A stretch of 64,000 bases of DNA from Gammaproteobacteria bacterium (lineage in GTDB: Bacteria; Pseudomonadota; Gammaproteobacteria; Acidiferrobacterales; SZUA-150). The position numbers were made by a program, and so were the translations under genes. Below, in pieces: positions 49,662 through 58,571 of this stretch (positions are counted from its first letter, which is position 1; each line of letters begins with the position of its first letter). The stretch covers positions 3,820 through 67,819 of the forward strand of contig BTRG01000003.1 of the NCBI GenBank assembly GCA_036986275.1, in the 5' to 3' direction. Below the pieces are notes generated by a model. That model saw only the letters and a list, made by a program, of their open reading frames with translations. It was not told the DNA's origin and did no database searches.

Positions 49662-49692
49662 GCCGCCTGTTCTTTGCAGGCGGCTTTTTTTT
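49662..49692 (+). terminator. Rho-independent terminator
   Basis: GCCGCCTG-TTCTTTG-CAGGCGGC followed by T8. Confidence 0.8.
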
Positions 49693-49707
49693 ACTTCGAA
49701 AACCCTG

Positions 49708-50811
49708 TCAGGGTGATACGTCTAACATGCGTTGTAAGGCAACACGCGCCTGTCTGGCTTCTTTTGCCTCCACAGAGACACGATTGACTACATTGCCATC
49801 CACCAGATTTTCCAACGACCACGCCAAGTGCTGCGGGTCAATACGAAACATGGTCGAGCACATACACACAGTGGGTGACATAAAATCCACGGTCTTGCCT
49901 TCACCTTGAAATTGATTGTGAAGGCGATTTACGAGATTCAGCTCTGTACCCACTAACCAATGGGTACCGGGGGCTGATTCGGCGATGGTCTTGATAATGA
50001 ATTCCGTAGAACCTACAAAATCGGATAGTTGACAGACTTCAAAAGAACACTCGGGATGAGAGATCACCTGACCTTTGGGGACTTCACGACGGAAGCGCTC
50101 GATATGTTCAGGTTTGAACATCTGATGCACGGAACAGAACCCTTTCCACAAAATGACCCTGGCCTGCTTCAGTTCCTCAACGGTCAAGCCACCGCGCGGT
50201 TGGGTATAGTCCCACACCACCATATCTTGCAAGGGAATATCGAGTCTGGAAAAAGCGGTATTCCGGCCCAGGTGCTGATCAGGAAAGAACAATACCTTTT
50301 GGCGCCGGGAAAAGCCCCATTCCATAACCTGGCCGGCATTGGTCGACGTGCAGACAAGTCCACCATGTCTGCCGCAAAAGGCCTTGAGGTCAGCCGCCGA
50401 GTTGATATAAGTAATCGGGGTAACATGTTCATCGGCATCCAGCACACGACCAATCTCCTGCCAGGCACGTTCGACACTGGCGAGATTGGCCATATCAGCC
50501 ATAGAACAGCCTGCGGACAAATCCGGCAACAGCACCAACTGGTCATCACGCGAGAGGATGTCGGCCACTTCCGCCATGAAATGCACACCACAAAAGACAA
50601 TGTAATCAGCCGTGGAGCAGGCCGCCAGGCGGGATAGTTTGAGGGAATCGCCGGAATAGTCGGCATGGCGAAACACTTCTTCGCGCTGATAATGGTGCCC
50701 CAGTATCACGACACGATCGCCGAGCACCGTACGTGCTGCCACGATACGGGCTTCGCATTCCATATCGTCTATAAAATCGTATGAATCGTAAGTCAGCGCT
50801 CGTGCTGCCAT
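49708..50811 (-). CDS. nadA: Quinolinate synthase NadA
   Basis: 367 aa. ..ILGHHYQ.., VHFMAE, and Cys ligands (CSMADM, CSVHQ, CMCSTM). Confidence 0.9.
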   Translation of the reverse strand: MAARALTYDSYDFIDDMECEARIVAARTVLGDRVVILGHHYQREEVFRHADYSGDSLKLSRLAACSTADYIVFCGVHFMAEVADILSRDDQLVLLPDLSAGCSMADMANLASVERAWQEIGRVLDADEHVTPITYINSAADLKAFCGRHGGLVCTSTNAGQVMEWGFSRRQKVLFFPDQHLGRNTAFSRLDIPLQDMVVWDYTQPRGGLTVEELKQARVILWKGFCSVHQMFKPEHIERFRREVPKGQVISHPECSFEVCQLSDFVGSTEFIIKTIAESAPGTHWLVGTELNLVNRLHNQFQGEGKTVDFMSPTVCMCSTMFRIDPQHLAWSLENLVDGNVVNRVSVEAKEARQARVALQRMLDVSP

Positions 50812-51133
50812 CCTTACCTCGTCACATTTGCCGCAATGCGTTTGCCGTAAAATTTTCTATAAGCGCGCCGATTACTCCGCGACGCCACCTGTCTATCGTC
50901 TCATCCAGACCAGACCACCCATACGCTCCGTGCTTATCAAGGTTTAACGTTACTCCTAATTCACAAGGCAATTCAAGGAAGAATACATGCTCAAGCTGTT
51001 GCGGATTGCCAGAACGAGGAGCGGTCACGTCCTTTATAATTACAGGATTGTGTCATCCAGGGTGTAGACCACCACCGGCACGGACTCCGGTCGTTTGACT
51101 CTTCTCAATCCCGCCTGGCAGACAAGGGGCAAT

Positions 51134-52906
51134 CTATTCCTCGGTCTGCGGCGGCCGACGGAGCTTGATATTCAGTTCCCGCAGTTGCATGTCGTTCACC
51201 GTACCAGGCGCACTGGTCAACAGGCAGGATGCCTTTTGCGTCTTGGGGAATGCAATCACGTCGCGTATGGACTCCATGCCCGCCATCATGGCCACCACAC
51301 GATCCAGACCAAAAGCGATACCACCATGGGGCGGTGCACCATACTTCAAGGCATCCAGTAAAAAGCCGAATTTCTCTCTGGCCTCGTCTTCTTCTATGCC
51401 CAAGGCAGCAAAGATCTTTTCCTGTATATGGGGCTGATGAATACGAATAGAACCACCGCCTATCTCGGATCCGTTAAGCACCATGTCGTAGGCACGAGAC
51501 AGCGCCATAGCTGGATCGATATCTACACTGTCATCCATGGGCGCAGTAAAGGGATGATGCAGGGCCTTGTAGCGACGTTGCTCATCGTCATATTCAAACA
51601 TCGGGAATTCCACCACCCAGACCGGACGCCAGCCGTCTTCTACCAGGCCCATGTCCTCACCCAGCTTCAGGCGCAGCGCGCCTAAGGCATCGTTCACTAT
51701 CTGGGCATGGTCGGCACCAAAAAATACGAGGTCTCCATCTTCGGCCCGGGTGCGCTCCACAATGGCCTGCACCACGTCATCAGGCAGGAACTTCAGAATA
51801 GGTGACTGTAAACCCTCCCTGCCCCTGGCCACGTCGTTGACCTTGATATAGGCCAGCCCCTTGGCGCCATACTCACCGACATACTTCGTATAGTCATCAA
51901 TCTGTTTGCGTGTCAGTTCACTGCCCCTGGGTACCCGCAGGGCTGCCACGCGCCCGCTTTCACTCTTGGCCGGCCCCGAGAATACTTTGAACTCCACTTC
52001 CGTCATCAAGTCCCCCACTTCCACCAATTCAAGGGGGATGCGCAAATCCGGCCGATCTACGCCATAGCGCTCCATGGACTCGGCATAGGTCATGCGCGGC
52101 ATGGGTTCGGCAAGCTCTACATCCAACACGGTCTTGAACACATGGCGTATCATGGTCTCCATCAGACCCATGACATCCTCTTCCGTCACATAACTCATTT
52201 CGATATCAAGCTGGGTGAACTCCGGCTGCCGGTCGGCACGCAGGTCTTCATCCCGGAAACAGCGTGCAATCTGGAAATAGCGTTCAAAACCGGACACCAT
52301 TAATAACTGCTTAAAGAGCTGTGGGGATTGCGGTAAAGCAAAAAACTGGCCACCATGGGTACGGCTGGGTACCAGATAATCACGCGCACCTTCCGGTGTG
52401 GAGCGCGTCAGGATGGGGGTTTCAATCTCAACAAATCGTTCGTCTTCCAGAAAACGGCGCAAGGCCCGGGCCACACGGTGACGCAATAACATATTCTGTC
52501 GCATGAAATCACGCCGCAAATCCAGGTAACGATATTTCAGGCGCACGGCCTCGCTGACATCTGACTCATCAATCTGGAAGGGCAAGGGTTCGGATCGATT
52601 GAGCACCTCTATCTCATCCACCATCACCTCGACCATACCGGTAGGCAGGCCCGGATTCTCGGTCCCTTTGGGACGCTGGCGCACACGGCCACTGACACGC
52701 AGGACAAATTCGTTGCGTGCGTCTTCAGCCAGCCTAAAGGTATCGGCCTTGTCGGGATCGAAAACGATTTGCACTATCCCTTCCCGATCGCGCAAGTCGA
52801 TAAAAATCACACCGCCGTGATCACGGCGACTGTTTACCCAACCGCAAAGTGTCACCGTCTGATCGATATGTGATGCGTCTACGTGACCACAATAATGCGA
52901 GCGCAT
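51134..52906 (-). CDS. aspS: Aspartate--tRNA ligase
   Basis: 590 aa. MRSHYCG.., class II motifs [18 protein letters not shown] and GGIAFGLDR. Confidence 0.97.
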   Translation of the reverse strand: MRSHYCGHVDASHIDQTVTLCGWVNSRRDHGGVIFIDLRDREGIVQIVFDPDKADTFRLAEDARNEFVLRVSGRVRQRPKGTENPGLPTGMVEVMVDEIEVLNRSEPLPFQIDESDVSEAVRLKYRYLDLRRDFMRQNMLLRHRVARALRRFLEDERFVEIETPILTRSTPEGARDYLVPSRTHGGQFFALPQSPQLFKQLLMVSGFERYFQIARCFRDEDLRADRQPEFTQLDIEMSYVTEEDVMGLMETMIRHVFKTVLDVELAEPMPRMTYAESMERYGVDRPDLRIPLELVEVGDLMTEVEFKVFSGPAKSESGRVAALRVPRGSELTRKQIDDYTKYVGEYGAKGLAYIKVNDVARGREGLQSPILKFLPDDVVQAIVERTRAEDGDLVFFGADHAQIVNDALGALRLKLGEDMGLVEDGWRPVWVVEFPMFEYDDEQRRYKALHHPFTAPMDDSVDIDPAMALSRAYDMVLNGSEIGGGSIRIHQPHIQEKIFAALGIEEDEAREKFGFLLDALKYGAPPHGGIAFGLDRVVAMMAGMESIRDVIAFPKTQKASCLLTSAPGTVNDMQLRELNIKLRRPPQTEE

Positions 52907-52963
52907 ATAAAATTCCTGTTGCTTGTATGAGTGCTTGTTTTGGGTTGTTGTATTGAGAGTGAA

Positions 52964-53596
52964 TCAGGGGGTCTCAGGAAATTTGCCACTATATCCCTTG
53001 GATGCTACTGCTTCCGGCGTCACCACGCCGGTAGAGATTATCATTTTTAAACCGTCGTCCACTGAAATATCCAGCTCAATAATATCCTTACGTGGCACCA
53101 TAAGGAAGAAACCCGAGGTGGGATTGGGTGTAGTGGGTACATAAACATGGATCAAGTCTTCTCCGGTGTGCTCCTTTGCCGGCGCCCAGCCCTCGCCCGT
53201 CAGAAAGGCCAGGGTCCATGTACCCTTGCGTGGGTATTCCAGCATCACCACTTTACGAAAGGATTTGCCATCCCCGGATAACATGGTACTCATGACCTGC
53301 TTCACACCAGAATAGATAGAGCGCACCAAAGGAATGCGGGCCAGGATAAGTTCCCACAGCGAGATAAGTTTGCGTCCAAAGAAATTGGCCACCACCATGC
53401 CCGTCAGGAAAACCACGGCCAGCATCAGCACCACCCCCAAACCTGGCAACGTAAAACCCATCAGGGTCTCGGGTCTATAGGCCGCAGGTAAAAGCAACAA
53501 GGTCCGGTCCATGACATCTACCACTGCCTTGATGACCAGAAAGGTCATGCCCAAAGGCACCCATACCAACAAACCGGCTACGAAATAGCGACGCAT
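52964..53596 (-). CDS. DUF502-family membrane protein
   Basis: 210 aa. N-terminal TM pair MRRYFVAGLLVWVPLGMTFLV, and PTTPNPTSGF motif. Confidence 0.8.
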   Translation of the reverse strand: MRRYFVAGLLVWVPLGMTFLVIKAVVDVMDRTLLLLPAAYRPETLMGFTLPGLGVVLMLAVVFLTGMVVANFFGRKLISLWELILARIPLVRSIYSGVKQVMSTMLSGDGKSFRKVVMLEYPRKGTWTLAFLTGEGWAPAKEHTGEDLIHVYVPTTPNPTSGFFLMVPRKDIIELDISVDDGLKMIISTGVVTPEAVASKGYSGKFPETP

Positions 53597-53674
53597 GGAT
53601 TTACTGAAGTGAATACGAAGAGGAAGGAGTGTTTCGGTGTGCCGTGCCGGCCGGATAGGGCCTGCACATGAATA

Positions 53675-53950
53675 TCAATGGCTGTGGCCACAGGCGCCGC
53701 CACCGCAGCAACTCCCGCCACCTGAAGGTTTGCTTTCCTTGGGCTTCTCGGGTTTGGGCTTGTTGCCATTATTTTTGAAATCGGTCTCGTACCAACCCGT
53801 ACCCTTAAGCTGGAAACCGGCAGCCGACATCAGTTTCTTCAAGTCAGGCTTGCCGCACTCGGGACACTCCTTCAGTACATCATCACGCATTTTCTGCATG
53901 GCCTCGAACTCATGCTCACAAGCCATACAACGGTATTCATAAATCGGCAT
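53675..53950 (-). CDS. FmdB-family zinc-ribbon protein with Cys/His-rich tail
   Basis: MPIYEYRCMACEHEFE..CPECG zinc ribbon. Start at 53950 with GGAGGA RBS (the track extension to 54154 is rejected). Tail is GGGSCCGGGACGHSH. Confidence 0.8.
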   Translation of the reverse strand: MPIYEYRCMACEHEFEAMQKMRDDVLKECPECGKPDLKKLMSAAGFQLKGTGWYETDFKNNGNKPKPEKPKESKPSGGGSCCGGGACGHSH

Positions 53951-54074
53951 AACGTCCTCCAACTTCTTGTCTGCCCCCGTCATGGGGTCAGAATGTGCCG
54001 TTTGCAAGTGCATTATAGCGGTTACCCGGAGAGGGCAGAACCCATCAACCGTGGAATTCCCGGTGAAAGAACCA

Positions 54075-55307
54075 TTAAATTGCCTTGCGTGGCCCATAAA
54101 ACCGCCGTGACTCAAAGACGGCGGCGGAAAATCCGCGCCCGCGCCAACGCACATGTCGCTTCAAAACAAAATCAAACAACAGCACATTATAGCGGCGTAT
54201 ACGAGACAACACGGGAGCAACGGCTGCATCCAGATATCCCGCCGCCACCAGGCGGCGCGGCGAAAACAAGGGCATCACACCAGGCAAGGGGTAGTCCGAA
54301 CCATTTACCAGGCGGGCATGCCACTGCGGGCGACTCAACAAAACCTTCAATGCGGGTTCCACTCTGTCCACCTGAGTCAGCGTGGAAATTTCACCGAACA
54401 GTTGCCCCTCGTAACGCGCCTCTTCCATCAGACGCACAAACAATTCAAAGCTGGAACGCTCGGGACCATTGGCGCCCACATCCATATCCACACTCGACCC
54501 AAGGGAAGCGCTATGCGCCGCGGCCACTCGCACCCCGTGATCCAAGGCGCGACGAAGACGTAAGGGATTGCCAAGGTCTTGTTGATCACTGCCGGTAACG
54601 GCGCGCTCGGTCCCCACATGCACCAACAGCGGCAGATCATGCTGCGCCAACGCCTCATAAAAGGGATCGCATAAGGGCGAAGCCGGATCCATGCCCATGG
54701 CCGCCGGCACCCATTTAATGCCGCGGGCCCCGCGTCTGACTACATTATGTAACTCGTCTACCGCATCATGGCGGTAGGGATGAATGGAGGCCATCCATTC
54801 AAGACGTGGATGAGCCTGGGCGACACGCGCGGCATAATCGTTTGGGACATAGAAGGCGCTGTGTTCCGGTTCTGCTTGCCCCTTGTCATTATAAAAATAA
54901 TCGAATGCCAGCAAAACAAATCGTGCGGCCTTGGGAAAATCGGCCAGGCGTTGATTTAGTTGCCGCAAGTATGATGCGTCCAGATTTTGCTCATCGTCAA
55001 TACATGCCGCATTTAAATAAAACAGTCGCTGAACAGACTGTATGGGGTGCTGAAGACTTTGCATCTGAGGATTGATCCAGGTACCGGTATTGCCATGCCC
55101 GGCACCCAGCAAATGCACATGGCCATCCCAGACCTTGGCCGCATCCACCCCCTGCCAGGCCTGCTGCACTACATCATGTTGCGCCAACTCTTTGGGAAGC
55201 GGCCCCTCAAGGCAGGGATTACGCATTCCCTCGCGGGGCCAAAATTGCGCTGTGGTAACACCTGCCGCGGCGGCGGCAATCGTCAGCATAACCGTGCGAC
55301 GCTTCAT
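54075..55307 (-). CDS. Amidohydrolase-superfamily (TIM-barrel metal hydrolase) protein, possibly exported
   Basis: MKRRTVMLTIAAAAAGV.. Tat-like N-terminus. HxH motif (WDGHVHLLG) and later His/Asp ligand candidates. The start ATG overlaps the upstream stop as ATGA. Confidence 0.7.
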   Translation of the reverse strand: MKRRTVMLTIAAAAAGVTTAQFWPREGMRNPCLEGPLPKELAQHDVVQQAWQGVDAAKVWDGHVHLLGAGHGNTGTWINPQMQSLQHPIQSVQRLFYLNAACIDDEQNLDASYLRQLNQRLADFPKAARFVLLAFDYFYNDKGQAEPEHSAFYVPNDYAARVAQAHPRLEWMASIHPYRHDAVDELHNVVRRGARGIKWVPAAMGMDPASPLCDPFYEALAQHDLPLLVHVGTERAVTGSDQQDLGNPLRLRRALDHGVRVAAAHSASLGSSVDMDVGANGPERSSFELFVRLMEEARYEGQLFGEISTLTQVDRVEPALKVLLSRPQWHARLVNGSDYPLPGVMPLFSPRRLVAAGYLDAAVAPVLSRIRRYNVLLFDFVLKRHVRWRGRGFSAAVFESRRFYGPRKAI

Positions 55308-57085
55308 GACGCGCCACCCAAACGCCAAAGAAACCCGCTGTCATCCATAGCCAGGTCATCACCCAATTCAATCTTTTCGGGCCGGCCCTGCTTGTTACGA
55401 CTGGCCGTCACGGCACACAAGCCTCGGCCCTCGGCTCCGCCGGCTTGCACGGAAACACCCACCATGGGCCGGCCCAGACTCCCTGTACGTACATCACGGG
55501 GAATATTAAAACTGATGAATACTCCATGGTTCTCTGCACCCAAACCTTCATATATTCGTATACCGTGCCTATGTAAATATTGTTCACGCACGGACTTGGA
55601 TAAGGGACCGGGACATAACAAGTAACGACATCGGTAGAAATCCAGAGGGTGGGCAACCGTCATGAGACTACAGAGATGTTCGTCCGGGGCAATTATGACA
55701 CTGACACCGAGGTCGTATATCATCTCAGTAATAATCCGATGACGATTGAAACTCGGATATATAAATAGCTTGATGCCTGACAATACCGGTAGCAGGGCGC
55801 CAAGAATCATTCCATAAGGATGGGCAAGCGGCCAGGCACAATACAACACATCACCGCGAGAGAAGTCGAAATGGGTCACAAATTGCTGGCGGCCCGCCAG
55901 TAGCTGTTGATGAGACAGGGACAGATATTCCGTGGTAGCTGTTTCCTGCGACCGAAAAACAAGCACTACGGCGACGTCTGCGGGTCCACTGGCCAGATTA
56001 AATCGCCTGAATAATACCGGCGCCCAAAATGCCAGCCAACGCTTACGCAACACTCCCCGCACTCCCCTGTCAGGCAAGGCGCCTGGCAGGGCAATCCAGA
56101 TGGCATCCGTGGACTCGAACAAATGGCCGGCACCTACCTGCTCCATAAGCACTTTTGATGAATAAATTCGTTTGATATTGTGCTGGCGACATATACGCTC
56201 CATTTCATTCCGACCAAGCCGCCAATCCAGAATCACGGGTATACGACCTGCTATCTGTATGGCAAAAAAGGTCGCTATCGTCAAAATGCTGTTAGGCAAA
56301 CACAAACCGACCGCCTCTTTTTGTCGCGTTTCACGCCGCATCTGTTTTGCCAGAACCCACACCTGGTGAAACAGCTCATCATAACTGAGCCGGGTGCGGT
56401 CGATATCATCCATTACAACATGCCTGCCACCGTGTATATTACGTGCCTCCAAAAGTGCTTCGTACATCAGCCGGTGGAAATTCGAGGTTTCGTAAACCAT
56501 GTCACACATCCATTGGGTCATGGTATGTGCCGCCTTGTAGCGTCTTATCCTTCCCCGCAACTCAGGGCCCAGCAACAGCTTTCGATGTGGCAAAATAGTC
56601 AGGCGTATACGCGGGAACCAACGCACCCTGCCCACCAGATGTGAACGCGCAAACGGTGTGTACTGGGCGCCATCAATCTTGATGGGCAGGATATTGGCAG
56701 CGGATCGATCCGCGGCAAGGCCAGTACCGGCATAAACCTTCATCAGGGAGCCTGTGAGGGTAATACGGCCTTCTGGAAAAATGACAACGCGGTTTCCCGA
56801 GTGAATATGGCGTATGACAGAGCGTATTGCTTGCGGGTGTAAGTGGTCTACCACAAATACATGCGCAAAGTAGAGAAAGGGACGCGCCCACCACTTGCGT
56901 GCTATATGCGTATTGACAACGAAGGAGAGCGTGTCGGGCAACAAAAAAGTCAGCAGAATGCCATCAAGGAAAGAGGTATGGTTGGCGACAATCAATACCC
57001 GGTTACCTGCCGCCTGATAATGGCTCATACCGTCAACTTGAACACGATAAATCAATCTCAGAAATTTACGAACCAGTACTCTCAT
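55304..57085 (-). CDS. Aas-like bifunctional protein: PlsC-type acyltransferase fused to a degenerate, truncated acyl-ACP synthetase-like domain
   Basis: 593 aa. ANHTSFLDG (Hx4D) and VIFPEGRITLTGSLMKVY align closely with E. coli Aas as I recall it. In the downstream adenylation-like domain the P-loop reads FRSQETATTEY and the YGxTE position reads EGLGAENH. The protein ends soon after the TGD-equivalent (LGDD). Confidence 0.75.
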   Translation of the reverse strand: MRVLVRKFLRLIYRVQVDGMSHYQAAGNRVLIVANHTSFLDGILLTFLLPDTLSFVVNTHIARKWWARPFLYFAHVFVVDHLHPQAIRSVIRHIHSGNRVVIFPEGRITLTGSLMKVYAGTGLAADRSAANILPIKIDGAQYTPFARSHLVGRVRWFPRIRLTILPHRKLLLGPELRGRIRRYKAAHTMTQWMCDMVYETSNFHRLMYEALLEARNIHGGRHVVMDDIDRTRLSYDELFHQVWVLAKQMRRETRQKEAVGLCLPNSILTIATFFAIQIAGRIPVILDWRLGRNEMERICRQHNIKRIYSSKVLMEQVGAGHLFESTDAIWIALPGALPDRGVRGVLRKRWLAFWAPVLFRRFNLASGPADVAVVLVFRSQETATTEYLSLSHQQLLAGRQQFVTHFDFSRGDVLYCAWPLAHPYGMILGALLPVLSGIKLFIYPSFNRHRIITEMIYDLGVSVIIAPDEHLCSLMTVAHPLDFYRCRYLLCPGPLSKSVREQYLHRHGIRIYEGLGAENHGVFISFNIPRDVRTGSLGRPMVGVSVQAGGAEGRGLCAVTASRNKQGRPEKIELGDDLAMDDSGFLWRLGGAS

Positions 57086-57393
57086 TCAGTTTTCTGCCTT
57101 CGCTATACCGTCGCCAACCCTAATCGCAATCGTAATCAAGTGCAGCATATATGGAATCGCCAAGTTATCAATATTTCCGAACATTGGTGTGCCTGGTTTT
57201 GCCTGCAGGCGTATACAGCACGTCTTCGGCACTACTCACCGGTTCAATTCTCCATACAACGAATTCACTCATTGTGCAAGTATTATAAAGCGCATTTGGG
57301 CCTACCATTATAGGCTGAAGTTGTGCTACCGTAGGCGCCGGCTAAAGAACCGATCCACATAAATTAATCAGATTCGTTCCACAGGAGTGAAGA

Positions 57394-57708
57394 ATGGCTG
57401 CCAAAAATTCCAAACCCACCACCAAGTCCGAAGTAATGACCTACATCTCCGAGGAGACTGAGTTGACCAAGAAAGATGTCGGCAATGTCTTCGCTGCGTT
57501 GACTGATATTATTGCACGAGACCTCAAAAAGGGACCCGGTGTCTTTACCGTACCGGGCTTAATGAAAGTAAAAGTTGTTAAAAAACCAGCAGTTCCGGCT
57601 CGCAAGGGTGTAAATCCTTTCACCGGAGAAGAAATGATGTTCAAGGCCAAACCTGCCCGCAACGTGGTTAAAGTCACCCCGCTAAAGGGTCTGAAAGACA
57701 TGGTGTAA
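57394..57708 (+). CDS. HU/IHF-family nucleoid-associated DNA-binding protein
   Basis: 104 aa. TKSEVMTYISEETELTKKDV..F.VPGLMKVKVVKKPA.PARKGVNPFTGEEM..KA. AGGAG RBS. Confidence 0.9.
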   Translation: MAAKNSKPTTKSEVMTYISEETELTKKDVGNVFAALTDIIARDLKKGPGVFTVPGLMKVKVVKKPAVPARKGVNPFTGEEMMFKAKPARNVVKVTPLKGLKDMV

Positions 57709-57742
57709 CCACCTGCCTGATCGACTGAAGCAGTACACTATG

Positions 57743-57770
57743 AAAAAGCGCACCTTGGGTGCGCTTTTTT
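57743..57770. terminator. Bidirectional rho-independent terminator
   Basis: AAAAA-GCGCACC-TTG-GGTGCGC-TTTTTT between convergent genes. Confidence 0.8.
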
Positions 57771-57789
57771 ATTTTCAGGGCCGGTTTGA

Positions 57790-58434
57790 TTATTGGGGCG
57801 TCAGATATTTTCCCGCACTCTTGACCGTCAGGCCCTTGAAACAGGTCTTGTAGAGCGGGCCAAACATCATCGATTTAGGGTCATCCTCAAGATCCAGGAT
57901 TTCCATCTCGCCCAGTTCGATATCCACTTTCTTGCCTTGATATTGGCCACGACAGGCCTCTCCGATACGGTTATCTGAAGCATCAAACTGCCGGTAAGCG
58001 CTCAATCCCTTGTTGTGGGCGTATAGATTGATGAGCGTCTGCTGCGGCGCATTCCGTAAGTGTGTTAAATACAACGCCGAGAAGTCACGCAAGACCTTGC
58101 CCGTGTTGTCGCGAACAGTGACTTCTATAGCGTGCATGTTGTCGGGGCGTTTCTTCTCCCACTGGATTGTGCTAATCAACTTGCCTGTCTTTTTATCAAA
58201 AAACTTCTCTTCACGATAGTATTCGGGCTCGCCATGGTAGCCGCCTACAGATTCTTCGATGCGCACATCGCGTCCCTTGATAAGGCGCTGATGCAGGGCA
58301 TAGGTCGCATCGGCAAACCAATTCCAGCGTTCAACATGACCAGCATTGGGATTGATCGCTGCCACCTCGGCGGCCTGCGCCACCCCCAGACCGGCCCATA
58401 TGGAAATAAACATCACTATCCATTTCCTTTGCAT
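57790..58434 (-). CDS. Exported hypothetical protein, about 214 aa
   Basis: MQRKWIVMFISIWAGLGVAQA-AEV signal peptide. Start at 58434 with GGAGAA RBS; the track ORF extends to 58518. No motif recognised. Confidence 0.55.
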   Translation of the reverse strand: MQRKWIVMFISIWAGLGVAQAAEVAAINPNAGHVERWNWFADATYALHQRLIKGRDVRIEESVGGYHGEPEYYREEKFFDKKTGKLISTIQWEKKRPDNMHAIEVTVRDNTGKVLRDFSALYLTHLRNAPQQTLINLYAHNKGLSAYRQFDASDNRIGEACRGQYQGKKVDIELGEMEILDLEDDPKSMMFGPLYKTCFKGLTVKSAGKYLTPQ

Positions 58435-58571
58435 AATTCTTCTCCATTCCCATGTTTTTTCCAGCAACCTTAGCAAACGGTCTGGAATGCGAACACCCCA
58501 TACAGTTCTCTTGAACATTATTATTACTAAAAGTTCTGTGTCCTATCCACCGCCGGCGCTTTCACCCGGCC

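Noticed and set aside
50822-51028. 68-aa minus-strand ORF directly upstream of nadA in the 320-bp aspS-nadA spacer
   Set aside because: GTG start with the putative RBS only about 3 nt away, and no recognisable motif. It is more likely the nadA promoter/leader. I also could not recognise an NAD+ riboswitch fold there.
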